NCBI GenBank assembly: GCA_965197475.1
Contig: CBDANF010000003.1
Span: 1,600,001 to 1,664,000 of the forward strand
Direction: 5' to 3'
DNA from: Candidatus Poribacteria bacterium
GTDB lineage: Bacteria; Poribacteria; WGA-4E; WGA-3G
Length of the DNA stretch: 64,000 nucleotides
The notes beneath the pieces were generated by a model. It saw only the letters and a program-made list of their open reading frames with translations, was not told the DNA's origin and did no database searches. The translations under genes and the position numbers were made by a program. Positions 49,930-60,280 of the stretch are shown in pieces. Position 1 is the first letter of the stretch, and every line of letters begins with the position of its first letter.

Positions 49930-51405
49930 TCATTCTGATTCTAACTCCCGTGGAATAAACCGCTGTTGGAACGCGTAATTTTCTTCCGGTGGAACTGTCG
50001 CTTCAGCAACAGGCAGGGTGACCAATTTGCCTTCTCGGATAGCGGCTTCAAATTCAGGTCGGAACTTGCGCATATAACTGACAGCGGGCCACGAGACAGC
50101 AATGCCAAAGACACAGATAGTATTCCATGTCATTGTATCTACATTAGCGATGTTGTTCGCAACACTCTCCAGCAGATCAAGGTCTTCGTAAATCTCTTCA
50201 GTCTCACCGGTATCACCCCATCTGCCACTTTCGGTGATGCCAAACCTCGGTCGTGTGATGGTGTCTTTCCTGCCCTCTCCATCAGCAATACGTTGCACAA
50301 TGTCACGCACCCATGGGGTGCCCCATCGACACGGTGTGCACTGTCCACATGATTCATGCGCGTAGAATTTCATAATATTTAGCAAACAATCAACGATATT
50401 CCGGGTCTCATTCATCACAATGATACCCCCCGAACCTAACATCGATTTGGCAAGTCCGAGCGACGTAAAATCAAGCCGTGTATCCAATTCATAATGCGTC
50501 AAAATTGGTGCTGAACTACCGCCAGGGATAACCGCTTTGACCTCTTCACCACGCAAACCACCTGCTACTTCAATGAGTTCTGTGCATGTCAAACCGAGTT
50601 CCAATTCATAGACTCCTGGTTCGTTAACATCGCCGCTGATACAGTAAAGTTTTGTGCCTGTGTTGGGATCAGGTGCCGGCGGATCAGATCGCGTATCAGC
50701 ATACGTTGGTCCCATCTGTGTGTACCATTCAACACCATTACCGACAATGAAGGGTAAGTTGCACAAGGTTTCCACATTCTGTACGACAGTAGGTTTCATG
50801 AACACACCTTGAACAGCAGGAAAAGGTGGTTTATTACGGGGTTGTCCGCGTTTTCCCTCAAGCGATTCAATCAACCCTGTTTCTTCACCACAAATATATG
50901 CACCTGCTCCTGGGTGGGAATAGATGTCAACATTTAGTCCAGTGCCGCGGATATTTTTGCCGAGATACCCCTTCTCGTAAGCTTCCTTAAGCGCGGCATC
51001 TAACATCTTTTTTCCAAGCGTAAATTCACCACGAATGTAAATATAAGTGGTCTCAATTCCCATAGCGTAGCAACAGATAAGGATGCCTTCTATCAACAGA
51101 TGTGGATTTTTCTCCAAGACATAACGATTACTGAATGTCCCAGGTTCACTCTCGTCAGCGTTGCAACAGAGATAACGGGGTTCAATATCCTTGGGGACAA
51201 AACTCCATTTTAACCCTGTTGAAAATCCTGCACCACCTCTGCCTTTTAACCCAGAATCCTTCACCATTGTAGCGATATCTTCTGGTTGATATTCGGCAAT
51301 AGCCTTTTCAAAACGTGTGTAGCCTTCATATTGTCGAAAGACATCAAAGGTGTTTATATTCGGTACATCCAGATGCTCATAGAGAATCCGTTTTTCTTGA
51401 ACCAT
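49930..51405 (-). CDS. nuoF: NADH-quinone oxidoreductase subunit F
   Basis: GRGGAGF, NADESEPG, GAYICGEET, ESCGQCTPCR motifs. Confidence 0.97.
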   Translation of the reverse strand: MVQEKRILYEHLDVPNINTFDVFRQYEGYTRFEKAIAEYQPEDIATMVKDSGLKGRGGAGFSTGLKWSFVPKDIEPRYLCCNADESEPGTFSNRYVLEKNPHLLIEGILICCYAMGIETTYIYIRGEFTLGKKMLDAALKEAYEKGYLGKNIRGTGLNVDIYSHPGAGAYICGEETGLIESLEGKRGQPRNKPPFPAVQGVFMKPTVVQNVETLCNLPFIVGNGVEWYTQMGPTYADTRSDPPAPDPNTGTKLYCISGDVNEPGVYELELGLTCTELIEVAGGLRGEEVKAVIPGGSSAPILTHYELDTRLDFTSLGLAKSMLGSGGIIVMNETRNIVDCLLNIMKFYAHESCGQCTPCRWGTPWVRDIVQRIADGEGRKDTITRPRFGITESGRWGDTGETEEIYEDLDLLESVANNIANVDTMTWNTICVFGIAVSWPAVSYMRKFRPEFEAAIREGKLVTLPVAEATVPPEENYAFQQRFIPRELESE

Positions 51406-51477
51406 ATTTTTCCTCTACATATTGTCTCGTAATAACAAATAAAGCAATTTTTAATTTAGTATCTTCTTGGCACAAAT

Positions 51478-52002
51478 TTAGTTTGGAAGCTGCTCTAATA
51501 GTTCATCAACTTTTTCTGGTGTCAAATTTTTATGTAAATCGTCATTCACCATGATAACAGGGGCGACATCACAAGATGCAAGGCACTCTACTTTCATCAA
51601 GGTAAACTTGCCATCATCAGTTGTCCCTTTTGCGAGGTTCGTTTCCGAAGCAATGTCTGTGCCGAGTTTTGCTTTGAGATGATCCAAAACTACTTTGCAG
51701 TCTCGCAGTGCACAAGGCAGCGTATGACAGACGCGGATAACATACTTGCCAACTGGTTCCTCAAAGAACATTGGATAGAAGGTCACCACGTCTTTTACCT
51801 TCATCACAGAAAGTTCCAACAATTCTGCTACATACTTCATGACAGCAGGACTAATATAACCTGCTTGCCTTTGAGCAAGGTGAAGTGTTGGAAGCATCGC
51901 TGCTTCTTTAACAGGGTACCGACCAATCAGGTCGTCGAATTCTCTTTGATTTTCTTCGTTAAACTGAAATGGTGTTTCGATTTGTATAATTTCATCTGAC
52001 AT
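51478..52002 (-). CDS. nuoE: NADH-quinone oxidoreductase subunit E
   Basis: VTFYPMF, CHTLPC, VECLASCDVAP motifs. Confidence 0.96.
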   Translation of the reverse strand: MSDEIIQIETPFQFNEENQREFDDLIGRYPVKEAAMLPTLHLAQRQAGYISPAVMKYVAELLELSVMKVKDVVTFYPMFFEEPVGKYVIRVCHTLPCALRDCKVVLDHLKAKLGTDIASETNLAKGTTDDGKFTLMKVECLASCDVAPVIMVNDDLHKNLTPEKVDELLEQLPN

Positions 52003-52095
52003 CTATGTTTCCTTTTATTGGCTATCAGCGGTCAGCAATCAGTGTATAGAGTAGGTTAGTTGAATAACATGAAGCCTAACCTAATTGCTTAACTA

Positions 52096-52935
52096 TCAGT
52101 CAATTAAAGTTGTTCCAATAATGACAACACCAACCATTATTGCTACAAAGGCTATAAAGATTATAGGTGCATCTTCGGTTTTTTTTCCTTCTGTAGTTGC
52201 CATTTGCTCAGGTGTTGGTTTTTTTGCTGGTGGCAAAGCAAAAGTAAGTCCGTCGCTAACATTTTGTCCTTGCAATATGATCTTAATAGGTCCAGGGGTA
52301 TAATGATAGTACTGTACCCAATCAGTAGAAACACCGCTGGGTAACGAACTCGGTTCAAAACCTTGGTGAAAAATATCGTATGCCGCGTACTCTTTCTGAT
52401 ACATTTCATTAATAATAAACGCCTTTGCATCCGCTCTTTGTGCTGCGATATAACCAGCAAGAATCGCACCAAAAAATGTTGAACTTGTGCGAACAGGTTG
52501 GTTGAGTTCCTCAAGTTGTGCTAATTGGGAAGCTTCTCGCATTCTTCCACCATAAAGTTTGAATACTACCTCTTCTTGGATCAATTTTTTCGCGAGTGTT
52601 TGAGACGCATCTATCATTTGAATCGGATTGGCATCTAATATCAGGGTTCCATTTGACTTATTTCCACATCTCACAGCCACAGCAATCAGTGCTTTAGGGT
52701 GTTTGGTTGCGACTAATCCTTGAAGGGCATCATAAGACCTGACCACTTTGCGTAGATCGGTTACAATAATGTAATAATCAAATTGTACGTCCTGCAACTT
52801 GCCAATTCCTGGAACGTTATTCGCAGATCCTTGGACGTGCCACGCCGTAGGCTCCCAACTTGATCGCGTCGTAGGAGCACACCCCACAACTGCTGCTGTC
52901 AAAATTACCATTAAAGGTATTATAATTGATTTCAT
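52096..52935 (-). CDS. hypothetical lipoprotein with C-terminal TM helix
   Basis: Lipobox VVGC and hydrophobic C-terminus. Confidence 0.65.
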   Translation of the reverse strand: MKSIIIPLMVILTAAVVGCAPTTRSSWEPTAWHVQGSANNVPGIGKLQDVQFDYYIIVTDLRKVVRSYDALQGLVATKHPKALIAVAVRCGNKSNGTLILDANPIQMIDASQTLAKKLIQEEVVFKLYGGRMREASQLAQLEELNQPVRTSSTFFGAILAGYIAAQRADAKAFIINEMYQKEYAAYDIFHQGFEPSSLPSGVSTDWVQYYHYTPGPIKIILQGQNVSDGLTFALPPAKKPTPEQMATTEGKKTEDAPIIFIAFVAIMVGVVIIGTTLID

Positions 52936-52995
52936 TTTTTCTTTCTTATGAAAATTCACACCGATTTTAGAAAACTTATAAGCCTATTTATAGTT

Positions 52996-53919
52996 TTAAA
53001 ATACGGCAGGTTTAGCAATGCCGCTGTAAATTGTTCGGACAAGTTTCGGCAGCAAAGGTGACATATCTGTGTTACGTATATAGGTGAATTCAAATCCTTT
53101 TTCCTTTACGTCCCACTCATTTGCAATTATCATGATGTGTATGTTTCCGCCAGATGTAGTCTCAATAAACGTCACGAAATTGTCATCTTTGACTAATTTC
53201 ACTTTTGCGGAACCCACGTTTCCTGACATAATTGCACTGTTGGTACCGGTAATCATGAACATTATTTCACCATTACGGAAATCTTTTGCCTTGTCGTTTT
53301 CAAGAAGTTTTCCGCTCTCTATATTGAAAGTCTTAACGTTTCCTTCTTGGGCGAAAACAGTAAAAATCTTTGTACCCTTGAGAGAAGGATTGACTTGATT
53401 AGGGTGTTTTGAAATCTTGTAATGTAAAGTTGGTTTCGCAATTCCTGTATAGGCAGATCTCAGATTTTCCCCCAACACTTGAATATTTCGGGTATATGTG
53501 AACTTGAAGCCACCTTCTTTTACATCCCACTTATCTTCAATAATCATAACGTGCTTATTTCCGGTAGGTGTTGTTTCAATAAATGTCACTGAATTGGTAT
53601 CTTTGACAAATTCAACTTCCGATATACCAGTGTTAGCTGAAAAGATTGCCCTCTTAGGACCCGTAATTATAAATAGCAGTTCGCCATTACGAAAATCCTT
53701 AGACACTTCATTTTTAACGAGTTTTCCGGAGAAATCGAAGACTTTGAAGTTCCCCTTTTTAGCGTAGATTAGAAACGTCTTTGTCCCATGAATTGAAGGA
53801 ATATCATCTGACTTTTTTAATAATCCCTGAGCGTGTGTATACGTAAATACTGCCGAAACCGATAAAGCCGTAATTACCACCAATACTCTAAACCAGATAC
53901 TTTTAAGCATGAGAATCAT
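52996..53919 (-). CDS. hypothetical secreted protein with internally duplicated domain
   Basis: Two copies of GTK.F....GN.K.F...SGKL..N...KDFRNGE...VTFIETT..GN.H...WDVKE.GF.FTY.RN. Confidence 0.75.
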   Translation of the reverse strand: MILMLKSIWFRVLVVITALSVSAVFTYTHAQGLLKKSDDIPSIHGTKTFLIYAKKGNFKVFDFSGKLVKNEVSKDFRNGELLFIITGPKRAIFSANTGISEVEFVKDTNSVTFIETTPTGNKHVMIIEDKWDVKEGGFKFTYTRNIQVLGENLRSAYTGIAKPTLHYKISKHPNQVNPSLKGTKIFTVFAQEGNVKTFNIESGKLLENDKAKDFRNGEIMFMITGTNSAIMSGNVGSAKVKLVKDDNFVTFIETTSGGNIHIMIIANEWDVKEKGFEFTYIRNTDMSPLLPKLVRTIYSGIAKPAVF

Positions 53920-53961
53920 CCTTATTTTTATGCAAACTCATCATCTCTTAGTACAAAACTG

Positions 53962-54168
53962 CTACAATTCACTTTCTTCAATCCCACTGATTTTCATAAT
54001 ATGTCTCTGTAACCCACGCTTAAGCGTTTTATTCCCGTGGACAGGCACGGAGATCCGCACATTTATGCCATCTTTGGCATAAATGTGATGACTGCCTTTA
54101 ATTCGCTTTAACTGCCAATTGTGCTTTTCTAATAAACGGCAAAACGCTTTACCAGTTAACACCTTCAA
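53962..54168 (-). CDS. hicA: HicA family toxin
   Basis: [13 protein letters not shown] and SVPVHG motifs. Confidence 0.9.
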   Translation of the reverse strand: MKVLTGKAFCRLLEKHNWQLKRIKGSHHIYAKDGINVRISVPVHGNKTLKRGLQRHIMKISGIEESEL

Positions 54169-54368
54169 ACAGCTATCTCCATCACTCTATCATCTTCTGC
54201 GATTTCAAGGGCGTTAACATCTACTGATAAACACCCTTCAATTGCTTCATAAATGTTTTCAAGTAATTCTTCAAAAGTGTCACCTTGTGTAGCACAACCG
54301 ATGATTGATGGCACTTCCGCCCAATATCCACCCTCTTCAGCTTTGTGAATAACAACTTTTAGTTTCAT
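54165..54368 (-). CDS. hicB: HicB family antitoxin (short form)
   Basis: [33 protein letters not shown], overlaps hicA. Confidence 0.9.
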   Translation of the reverse strand: MKLKVVIHKAEEGGYWAEVPSIIGCATQGDTFEELLENIYEAIEGCLSVDVNALEIAEDDRVMEIAV

Positions 54369-54423
54369 GGCACTTAAGTCCACTCCTTCAAAATTATTTA
54401 TCTTTGTGAGAAAGCTCCCAAAA

Positions 54424-55119
54424 TTAACGGCGTGCTTTCAAACGTGCAAGTTCTTCACGGAGTTGTGCTGCTTCTGCTTCTGCGTTTTCAGCGCGTGCTT
54501 CTGCAGTCTCTGTCCGTTCTGCGCGTGTCTGAACCCATTCACCTGCAACAAGGTCATAAATCGCTATCTCTCCATCGCGAAGATGGAAATCCAAATCCAA
54601 AACCGAGGCGCGAAAACCTCCCTGTTCCCCCGGCAGAATCGCTACATAGACACCATCCACTAACGTAAATCCCATCAGCGGAGATGGTAAATACAACCCT
54701 TCCGCATCATATAAGAAATAATCCTGTATCCCCAGTGAAGCGTAAACATCCATCTTCTCACCTAAGTCTTTATCATAAGTGCTTTTACTGGAGAACTCCA
54801 TCACGAAATCAGGTGCTTTCTCTTCCTCCCATATTTTATACGTCAGACGTAGCTTTGGGTTTATGCCAAAACAGACGAGTACATCCGGAGATATAGACTT
54901 CCGGGGATCCCCCTCTCTGTAATACATCATTATGTCGCCGGAGATATAGACTTCCGGTTTTTGTGCAAAATGTTCCTCAAGAGCTTGCAACGTCCATATT
55001 AGTAATCGTCTATGATAGTCGCTTGCTGCCATAGGTTTTCCATCCGTTTCAGGGTAAAGGATCGCAGCGTCTGTAGGGACATAAGGGATAGAGGTATCTT
55101 TTGCATAGGGGCGTGCCAT
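54424..55119 (-). CDS. Uma2 family endonuclease
   Basis: [25 protein letters not shown] motifs. Confidence 0.9.
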   Translation of the reverse strand: MARPYAKDTSIPYVPTDAAILYPETDGKPMAASDYHRRLLIWTLQALEEHFAQKPEVYISGDIMMYYREGDPRKSISPDVLVCFGINPKLRLTYKIWEEEKAPDFVMEFSSKSTYDKDLGEKMDVYASLGIQDYFLYDAEGLYLPSPLMGFTLVDGVYVAILPGEQGGFRASVLDLDFHLRDGEIAIYDLVAGEWVQTRAERTETAEARAENAEAEAAQLREELARLKARR

Positions 55120-55202
55120 TATGTTTCTCCTTAAAGGTTTATAGTCCTTTCGTTTCCTACTTCCCAACACCAATATCCTACCTTTCCAATTGCAACCATA
55201 AG

Positions 55203-55544
55203 TTAGTATTTTCCCCAAAACTGAATTCGGTTTTTCTCTGGGTCTTTAATGTCAAAACACGCAATGCCGTTGTCGTTTTCTAACGGTCTTAACCGCAGCC
55301 CTTTCGCTTTCAAATCCTGATGAACAGCATGGACGCTTTCAACATGAAATACAATCTTTTGTCTTCCTTCGTTCGGTTTGCTCGCACTGTGCAGGCATAG
55401 TTTACAGTCCCCAGTGTCAAAACGAAAAAACCGATGTTCAGGAAATGGCTGATCTTCGTCAGGGGTTAATCCTACAACATCTCTATAAAATGCGGTTATA
55501 GATTTCATGTTTTTGACAAAAAGGATTATACCGCCAAGATGCAT
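55203..55544 (-). CDS. VOC (glyoxalase/bleomycin resistance) family protein
   Basis: AFYRDVVGL, IVFHVE, KDPEKNRIQ motifs. Confidence 0.85.
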   Translation of the reverse strand: MHLGGIILFVKNMKSITAFYRDVVGLTPDEDQPFPEHRFFRFDTGDCKLCLHSASKPNEGRQKIVFHVESVHAVHQDLKAKGLRLRPLENDNGIACFDIKDPEKNRIQFWGKY

Positions 55545-55553
55545 AATTGTCTG

Positions 55554-56240
55554 TTACTCCGCACGAAGACGTTCAATTTCAGTTAAAGCCTTAGCGAGTT
55601 CTGCCTCAGCGTTTTGTGCGCGTGCCTCAGCGTTTTGTGCACGTGTTCTAACTTCTTTTACCTCTTCCGATGGTGTTTGCAACCACTGCAATGTGTCGGG
55701 GTTATAGAGTCTCAATTTACCGTCATGTTCACCCAATTCCAAACCTAACGTCTTTGCGGGTAAACGTTCATTTACAAAATCAATTTCTTGATATGCGCCA
55801 TCAATGAGCAGGTATCCGACAAAACTCGGCACGATTTGACCAAGCGGATCATAGATATAGTATTCTTTGACCTCAAGCACGGAAGCGTAAAGTTCTTTCT
55901 GCTTCCCCATATCATTTGGAAAAGTGCTCGGACTTGCTATCTCCAGCACGAAATCGGGAGTGTTTGCTTCTGCCCACGTCAGATAGGTGTTCCGCAGTTT
56001 CTTTTCAACCCCAAAAACCACGAACACATCAGGAGATATAGATTTCCTCCTGTTTCCCTTTTCGTAATACATAAGTAAGTTGCCAGACACATAAACATCG
56101 TCATTATTTTCGAAATAGTCTTCAAGCATCAGGATGAAATCCATCATCAACTTGCGATGTGTGTCTGTTTCTGCCATCGGTTTACCGTCTGATTCCGGAT
56201 AGAATATTGTCGGCGCAGACTGTATCTTTTTCCGCATCAT
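55554..56240 (-). CDS. Uma2 family endonuclease
   Basis: YPESDGKPMAET, SPDVFVV, PDFVLEIASPST, EYYIYDP motifs. Confidence 0.9.
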   Translation of the reverse strand: MMRKKIQSAPTIFYPESDGKPMAETDTHRKLMMDFILMLEDYFENNDDVYVSGNLLMYYEKGNRRKSISPDVFVVFGVEKKLRNTYLTWAEANTPDFVLEIASPSTFPNDMGKQKELYASVLEVKEYYIYDPLGQIVPSFVGYLLIDGAYQEIDFVNERLPAKTLGLELGEHDGKLRLYNPDTLQWLQTPSEEVKEVRTRAQNAEARAQNAEAELAKALTEIERLRAE

Positions 56241-56280
56241 GTCATCTCCCAGCATCAAGCTAAATGTCATTTTAAGACAA

Positions 56281-57477
56281 TTACCGATCCAATTCTCCGG
56301 CGATCACGTTCAAACTACCTAACACAGCCACGGTATCCGATACCGTACCACCCTCCAACATGTGAGGCAGTGCTTGGAAATGAAAGAAACTGGGCGGCCG
56401 AATTCTAATGCGATAGGCGGTTCCACTTCCATCGCTCACAATGTAGAAACCTAATTCTCCATTTGGCGATTCTGTTGCACAATAATGCTCTCCTTGCGGC
56501 GGCTGCACACCGTGCCCATCCATAACAATCTTAAAATGATGGATTAATCCTTCAATGTGACCATACGCATCCGATTTATTAGGCATCGTGATCTTGTTAT
56601 CTTCAACATTTACTGGACCATCTGGCAGATTATCTAATGCCTGCCCGACTATACCGCAGCTTTGAATCATCTCCTCCATCCGCACCAGATACCGGTCATA
56701 AGCATCACCATTAGTCCCAACAGGCACTTCAAAGTTGAATTTTTCGTAAGAGGAATACGGTTCAGCCTTGCGGAGGTCGTGTGCGACACCGGTTGCTCGT
56801 AGGCAGGGGCCGGTTAATCCGTAACTAATCGCATCTTCCGGTGAAATTGTGCCAACGCCTTTTGTCCTGTCCATCCAAATCCTGTTTCGGGTTAGCAAGG
56901 TATGTGTTTCTTTTAACGCCTTTGGAAAATTGGTGATGAAATCACGTGCATCAGTTTCAAACCCATCATAGAGGTCGCGAAATACACCGCCTACACGGGT
57001 ATAACTTGTTGTCAACCGTGCGCCTGTTGTCTTTTCGAAGATGCTGTAAAGTTTTTCGCGTTCGCGGAAGCTATAGAGAAAAACTGAAAATGCCCCTAAA
57101 TCTAACGCTGCAGTTCCGAGCCACAGCAGATGGTCAGCCAGTCGAGAAAGTTCTGCCATCAAAATTCGGATGTATTGACACCGTTTCGGCACTTCAATAC
57201 CGAGCAATTGTTCCACTGCAAGCACATATCCGAAATTGTTAGACAACGGCGACAGATAATTCATCCGGTCTGTTACAACGATGTACTGGTTATAATCTAA
57301 GTGTTCACCGAGTTTTTCGAATCCGGTATGTAAGTATCCGAGGTGTGGCGTTGCCTTCAAAATGGATTCACCGTCAAGTTCTAGGACGATGCGAAGGGTG
57401 CCGTGTGTCGCAGGGTGTTGCGGTCCGAAGTTGAGAACCATCTTCTCGCCTGTTGTGCGTTCCATCCCATCTTGCAT
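56281..57477 (-). CDS. nuoD: NADH-quinone oxidoreductase subunit D
   Basis: NFGPQHPATHGTLR and terminal GELDR. Confidence 0.97.
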   Translation of the reverse strand: MQDGMERTTGEKMVLNFGPQHPATHGTLRIVLELDGESILKATPHLGYLHTGFEKLGEHLDYNQYIVVTDRMNYLSPLSNNFGYVLAVEQLLGIEVPKRCQYIRILMAELSRLADHLLWLGTAALDLGAFSVFLYSFREREKLYSIFEKTTGARLTTSYTRVGGVFRDLYDGFETDARDFITNFPKALKETHTLLTRNRIWMDRTKGVGTISPEDAISYGLTGPCLRATGVAHDLRKAEPYSSYEKFNFEVPVGTNGDAYDRYLVRMEEMIQSCGIVGQALDNLPDGPVNVEDNKITMPNKSDAYGHIEGLIHHFKIVMDGHGVQPPQGEHYCATESPNGELGFYIVSDGSGTAYRIRIRPPSFFHFQALPHMLEGGTVSDTVAVLGSLNVIAGELDR

Positions 57478-57480
57478 AGA

Positions 57481-58359
57481 TTACTCCTTTTCAGTTCGCC
57501 TCAAAACGATGTCCTCTTGCCCCTGAGAATAAAGTCGAAGCGTATAGCGAACAAGTGGACCTAAGACTATATCGTCGCTTACCCCATAGCCCCTTTCGCT
57601 CCAGTAATCCTCTGGCGTGCCCTCAGAAGTAACCATATCCCATGTATACACTGCAGGGGTACCGCTCTGGGTGTCAAAAAGTGGTGATGAAAATAATTTT
57701 GATAACGGTGCCTCATCAAAAATACTCCAATCAAGGTCTGCTGTGAACGCAGGGTAAATTATTGAAGATGGGCAATCAGATTCAAAAAGACAAATGTACA
57801 CTTCGCTATACGGATTTGTATGAGATATGGTGCCTCGCGTGTGTTTTTCGGTCTCAAAAATCAGCACATGAGCCTGTTTTTCTGTGTCAAAGCCAGCGAG
57901 GTATGTGCCACTGACCGAAAGATCGACAAAAACAAGCGAACTATTTTCATCGACAAAAACAAGCGAACTATTTTCAATGGGGTCAACAGGTACAAGAGAA
58001 CTTTGTTCAGAGTTGCGGTCACAGAGAAGGTAATAGTATACAGACAACTTCCACGTTCCATCTGTATTAAGCCTGAAATCTGGGTTGATGACTGTGCCAA
58101 AAGATATGTTTATATCTTCACTGACATATTTGGTAACGAGGGTTTGCATCTGCAATACACTATCGGAAATCGCAGTGCCATCAATTGATGTAACCCGCCA
58201 GTTGTTTCCCATCAACGTTTGACTCATTTCCGGTGACAATGGAACGATAGTATCTGCTGGCATCAACAGGGACTGTGTCCTTTCGCAACCTAAATGTCCT
58301 ATGACGAAAACTATAATCACCAAAACTATCCCAAACTTTATCCATTTTTCAAAAATCAT
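57481..58359 (-). CDS. hypothetical lipoprotein
   Basis: Lipobox HLGC, ends 3 bp before nuoD, contains a 27-bp tandem duplication. Confidence 0.7.
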   Translation of the reverse strand: MIFEKWIKFGIVLVIIVFVIGHLGCERTQSLLMPADTIVPLSPEMSQTLMGNNWRVTSIDGTAISDSVLQMQTLVTKYVSEDINISFGTVINPDFRLNTDGTWKLSVYYYLLCDRNSEQSSLVPVDPIENSSLVFVDENSSLVFVDLSVSGTYLAGFDTEKQAHVLIFETEKHTRGTISHTNPYSEVYICLFESDCPSSIIYPAFTADLDWSIFDEAPLSKLFSSPLFDTQSGTPAVYTWDMVTSEGTPEDYWSERGYGVSDDIVLGPLVRYTLRLYSQGQEDIVLRRTEKE

Positions 58360-58381
58360 AAAAAAATTCCTTTATAACGCG

Positions 58382-58583
58382 TTGTGCTAGTTAACATTTG
58401 GTATATTTATCTTTCACATGTTTGTCTCGTTTGGGTTTGAATTCAGCAACTTTTTCAATTCACGACACCGTTCAAAGGTAGGAGGGAATTCCGATTCCCG
58501 GCAGGGTATCGCGATTCGGAGATCGCTCCTATAAAATGTGAACAGATGTGAAAAACAACAAAACTATTACGTAACTAGCACAA
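58382..58583. mobile_element. composite MITE-like element with 12-bp TIR TTGTGCTAGTTA enclosing GTAG-type REP hairpins
   Basis: TIRs at 58382-58393 and 58572-58583, internal GTAGGAGGGAAT..ATTCCC and CGCGAT..ATCGCTCCTA. Confidence 0.65.
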
Positions 58584-58607
58584 GTCGTTTTATAAGTTAT
58601 GTTTATG

Positions 58608-59153
58608 TTAAAAATTCTGCTTATCAAAGTTGAAACTTTCGCGCTCTCCACGTCCACGCAGCGGATAATCCTTGCGGAGTGGATGTCCCTCAAAATCGTC
58701 GGGCATTAAAATTCTACACAGGTCAGGATGTCCTTCAAAGTCTATTCCAAACATATCGTAAGTTTCTCGTTCCAACCAATCCGCACCTTTCCACAACTTT
58801 GTCACTGAACGAACTCTCAAGTCCTTTTCATGCACAGGTACTTTAACCCGGATACGCGAGGTTTCCCCCTCAAAGGTATAGAGATGATAGACGACCATGA
58901 ATCTGGCATAGTCGTACTGCATCAATTCTGATTCTAAATTAGAATTGTCAACCGCTGTGACATCCACAAGAAACGTATACGCGAGTTCTGTTTTCAGGTA
59001 TTCCAGCAGTGCGAAACTGTTTTCTTTGTTGATAACAACTGCAACACCATTACGGACTTCCGCGTCTGCTAATAGTGCATCCGAGAATTTTTCGCGTAGT
59101 TTCTCAAGGACAAGTGGTTGCGTCTCTTCCGTAACCTCTTTTTCTTCATTCAT
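58608..59153 (-). CDS. nuoC: NADH-quinone oxidoreductase subunit C
   Basis: [12 protein letters not shown] and GHPLRKDYP motifs. Confidence 0.96.
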   Translation of the reverse strand: MNEEKEVTEETQPLVLEKLREKFSDALLADAEVRNGVAVVINKENSFALLEYLKTELAYTFLVDVTAVDNSNLESELMQYDYARFMVVYHLYTFEGETSRIRVKVPVHEKDLRVRSVTKLWKGADWLERETYDMFGIDFEGHPDLCRILMPDDFEGHPLRKDYPLRGRGERESFNFDKQNF

Positions 59154-59671
59154 TATGCGACCTCAACCCCTTTAGGTAGCTCACCTTTTTGGATTTGTCG
59201 TTGCACTTGCATCACAGCATCGATCAAATCTTCGGGTCGTGGCGGGCATCCAGGAATGTAGACATCAACCGGAAGGAATTGGTCAACACCCTGTATTAAG
59301 GTATAGGTATCAAACACGCCGCCGCAGGATGCACATGCCCCCATTGAGATAACCCACTTCGGGTCTGGCATCTGATCGTAAATACGTTTCAGTACCGGCA
59401 TCATTTTAATTGAAATCCGCCCCGAAACGATCAGCAGATCGGATTGGCGTGGAGAGAAACGAATTGCCTCAGAACCGAATCGGGAGAGGTCGAATTTTGA
59501 AGCCAAGGTTGCCATCATCTCTATCGCGCAGCAGGCGGTACCGAACGGCATTGGCCACAGAGAATTCTTTCGTCCCCAGTTGACGACTTTGTCAATAGTC
59601 GTTGTGATGATATTACCATCAGTTTGTTCGGTGCTTGCTCCACTTTGAATATGGGTTTTGGCTAATCCCAT
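59153..59671 (-). CDS. nuoB: NADH-quinone oxidoreductase subunit B
   Basis: [10 protein letters not shown] and [13 protein letters not shown] motifs. Confidence 0.97.
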   Translation of the reverse strand: MGLAKTHIQSGASTEQTDGNIITTTIDKVVNWGRKNSLWPMPFGTACCAIEMMATLASKFDLSRFGSEAIRFSPRQSDLLIVSGRISIKMMPVLKRIYDQMPDPKWVISMGACASCGGVFDTYTLIQGVDQFLPVDVYIPGCPPRPEDLIDAVMQVQRQIQKGELPKGVEVA

Positions 59672-60036
59672 GTTAAGCCTCCTTTTTTCCAAGCGTAGAT
59701 GTAGCCCAGAAGGAGAATACCGATAAACACCAGCATCTCAACTAAAATAAATGTCCCATTTGTTTCAGACATCTTCTTAAAAACCACCGCCCACGGGTAG
59801 AGAAAGACGACCTCAATATCAAAAATGATAAAGAGCATCGCGATAAGGTCAAACCGTATGGTGAACCGTTGTCTTGCATCACCGACGGGTTGCACACCAG
59901 ATTCGTAGACAGAAAGTTTTGCGCGTGTGGGTTTTTTGGGTCCAAGAAGATGGGTCAGGGCGAGATTAACAGCTGCAAATAGGACTGCGAATATCCCTAA
60001 AAACACTATCGGAAGATACTTAGCTAATTCAGACAT
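59662..60036 (-). CDS. nuoA: NADH-quinone oxidoreductase subunit A
   Basis: YESG and [15 protein letters not shown] motifs. Confidence 0.96.
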   Translation of the reverse strand: MSELAKYLPIVFLGIFAVLFAAVNLALTHLLGPKKPTRAKLSVYESGVQPVGDARQRFTIRFDLIAMLFIIFDIEVVFLYPWAVVFKKMSETNGTFILVEMLVFIGILLLGYIYAWKKGGLTWD

Positions 60037-60280
60037 TTGCTTGAATCTATTTTAAGCCTCCGGCAACATTCAGATTATATTATCCGTTATTTCCCTGTTA
60101 TAGGATGAACTTCTGACGTTGCCAATAATTTACGCTAATTAATAGTTTTGTGTTCAAATTTACAAACGAGTATATTAAACGTCCTTATAATTTTACATAT
60201 TCAGAGAAAAGTGTCAAGTCTTTTAATGAAAATTAGGAATTATTCTTATTTACATACAAATTTTTTGAAGCAGTAGAATA

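Noticed and set aside
52096-56240. Integron cassette array
   Set aside because: No integrase. The spacers lack RYYYAAC...GTTRRRY attC structures in the right order, and several are too short.
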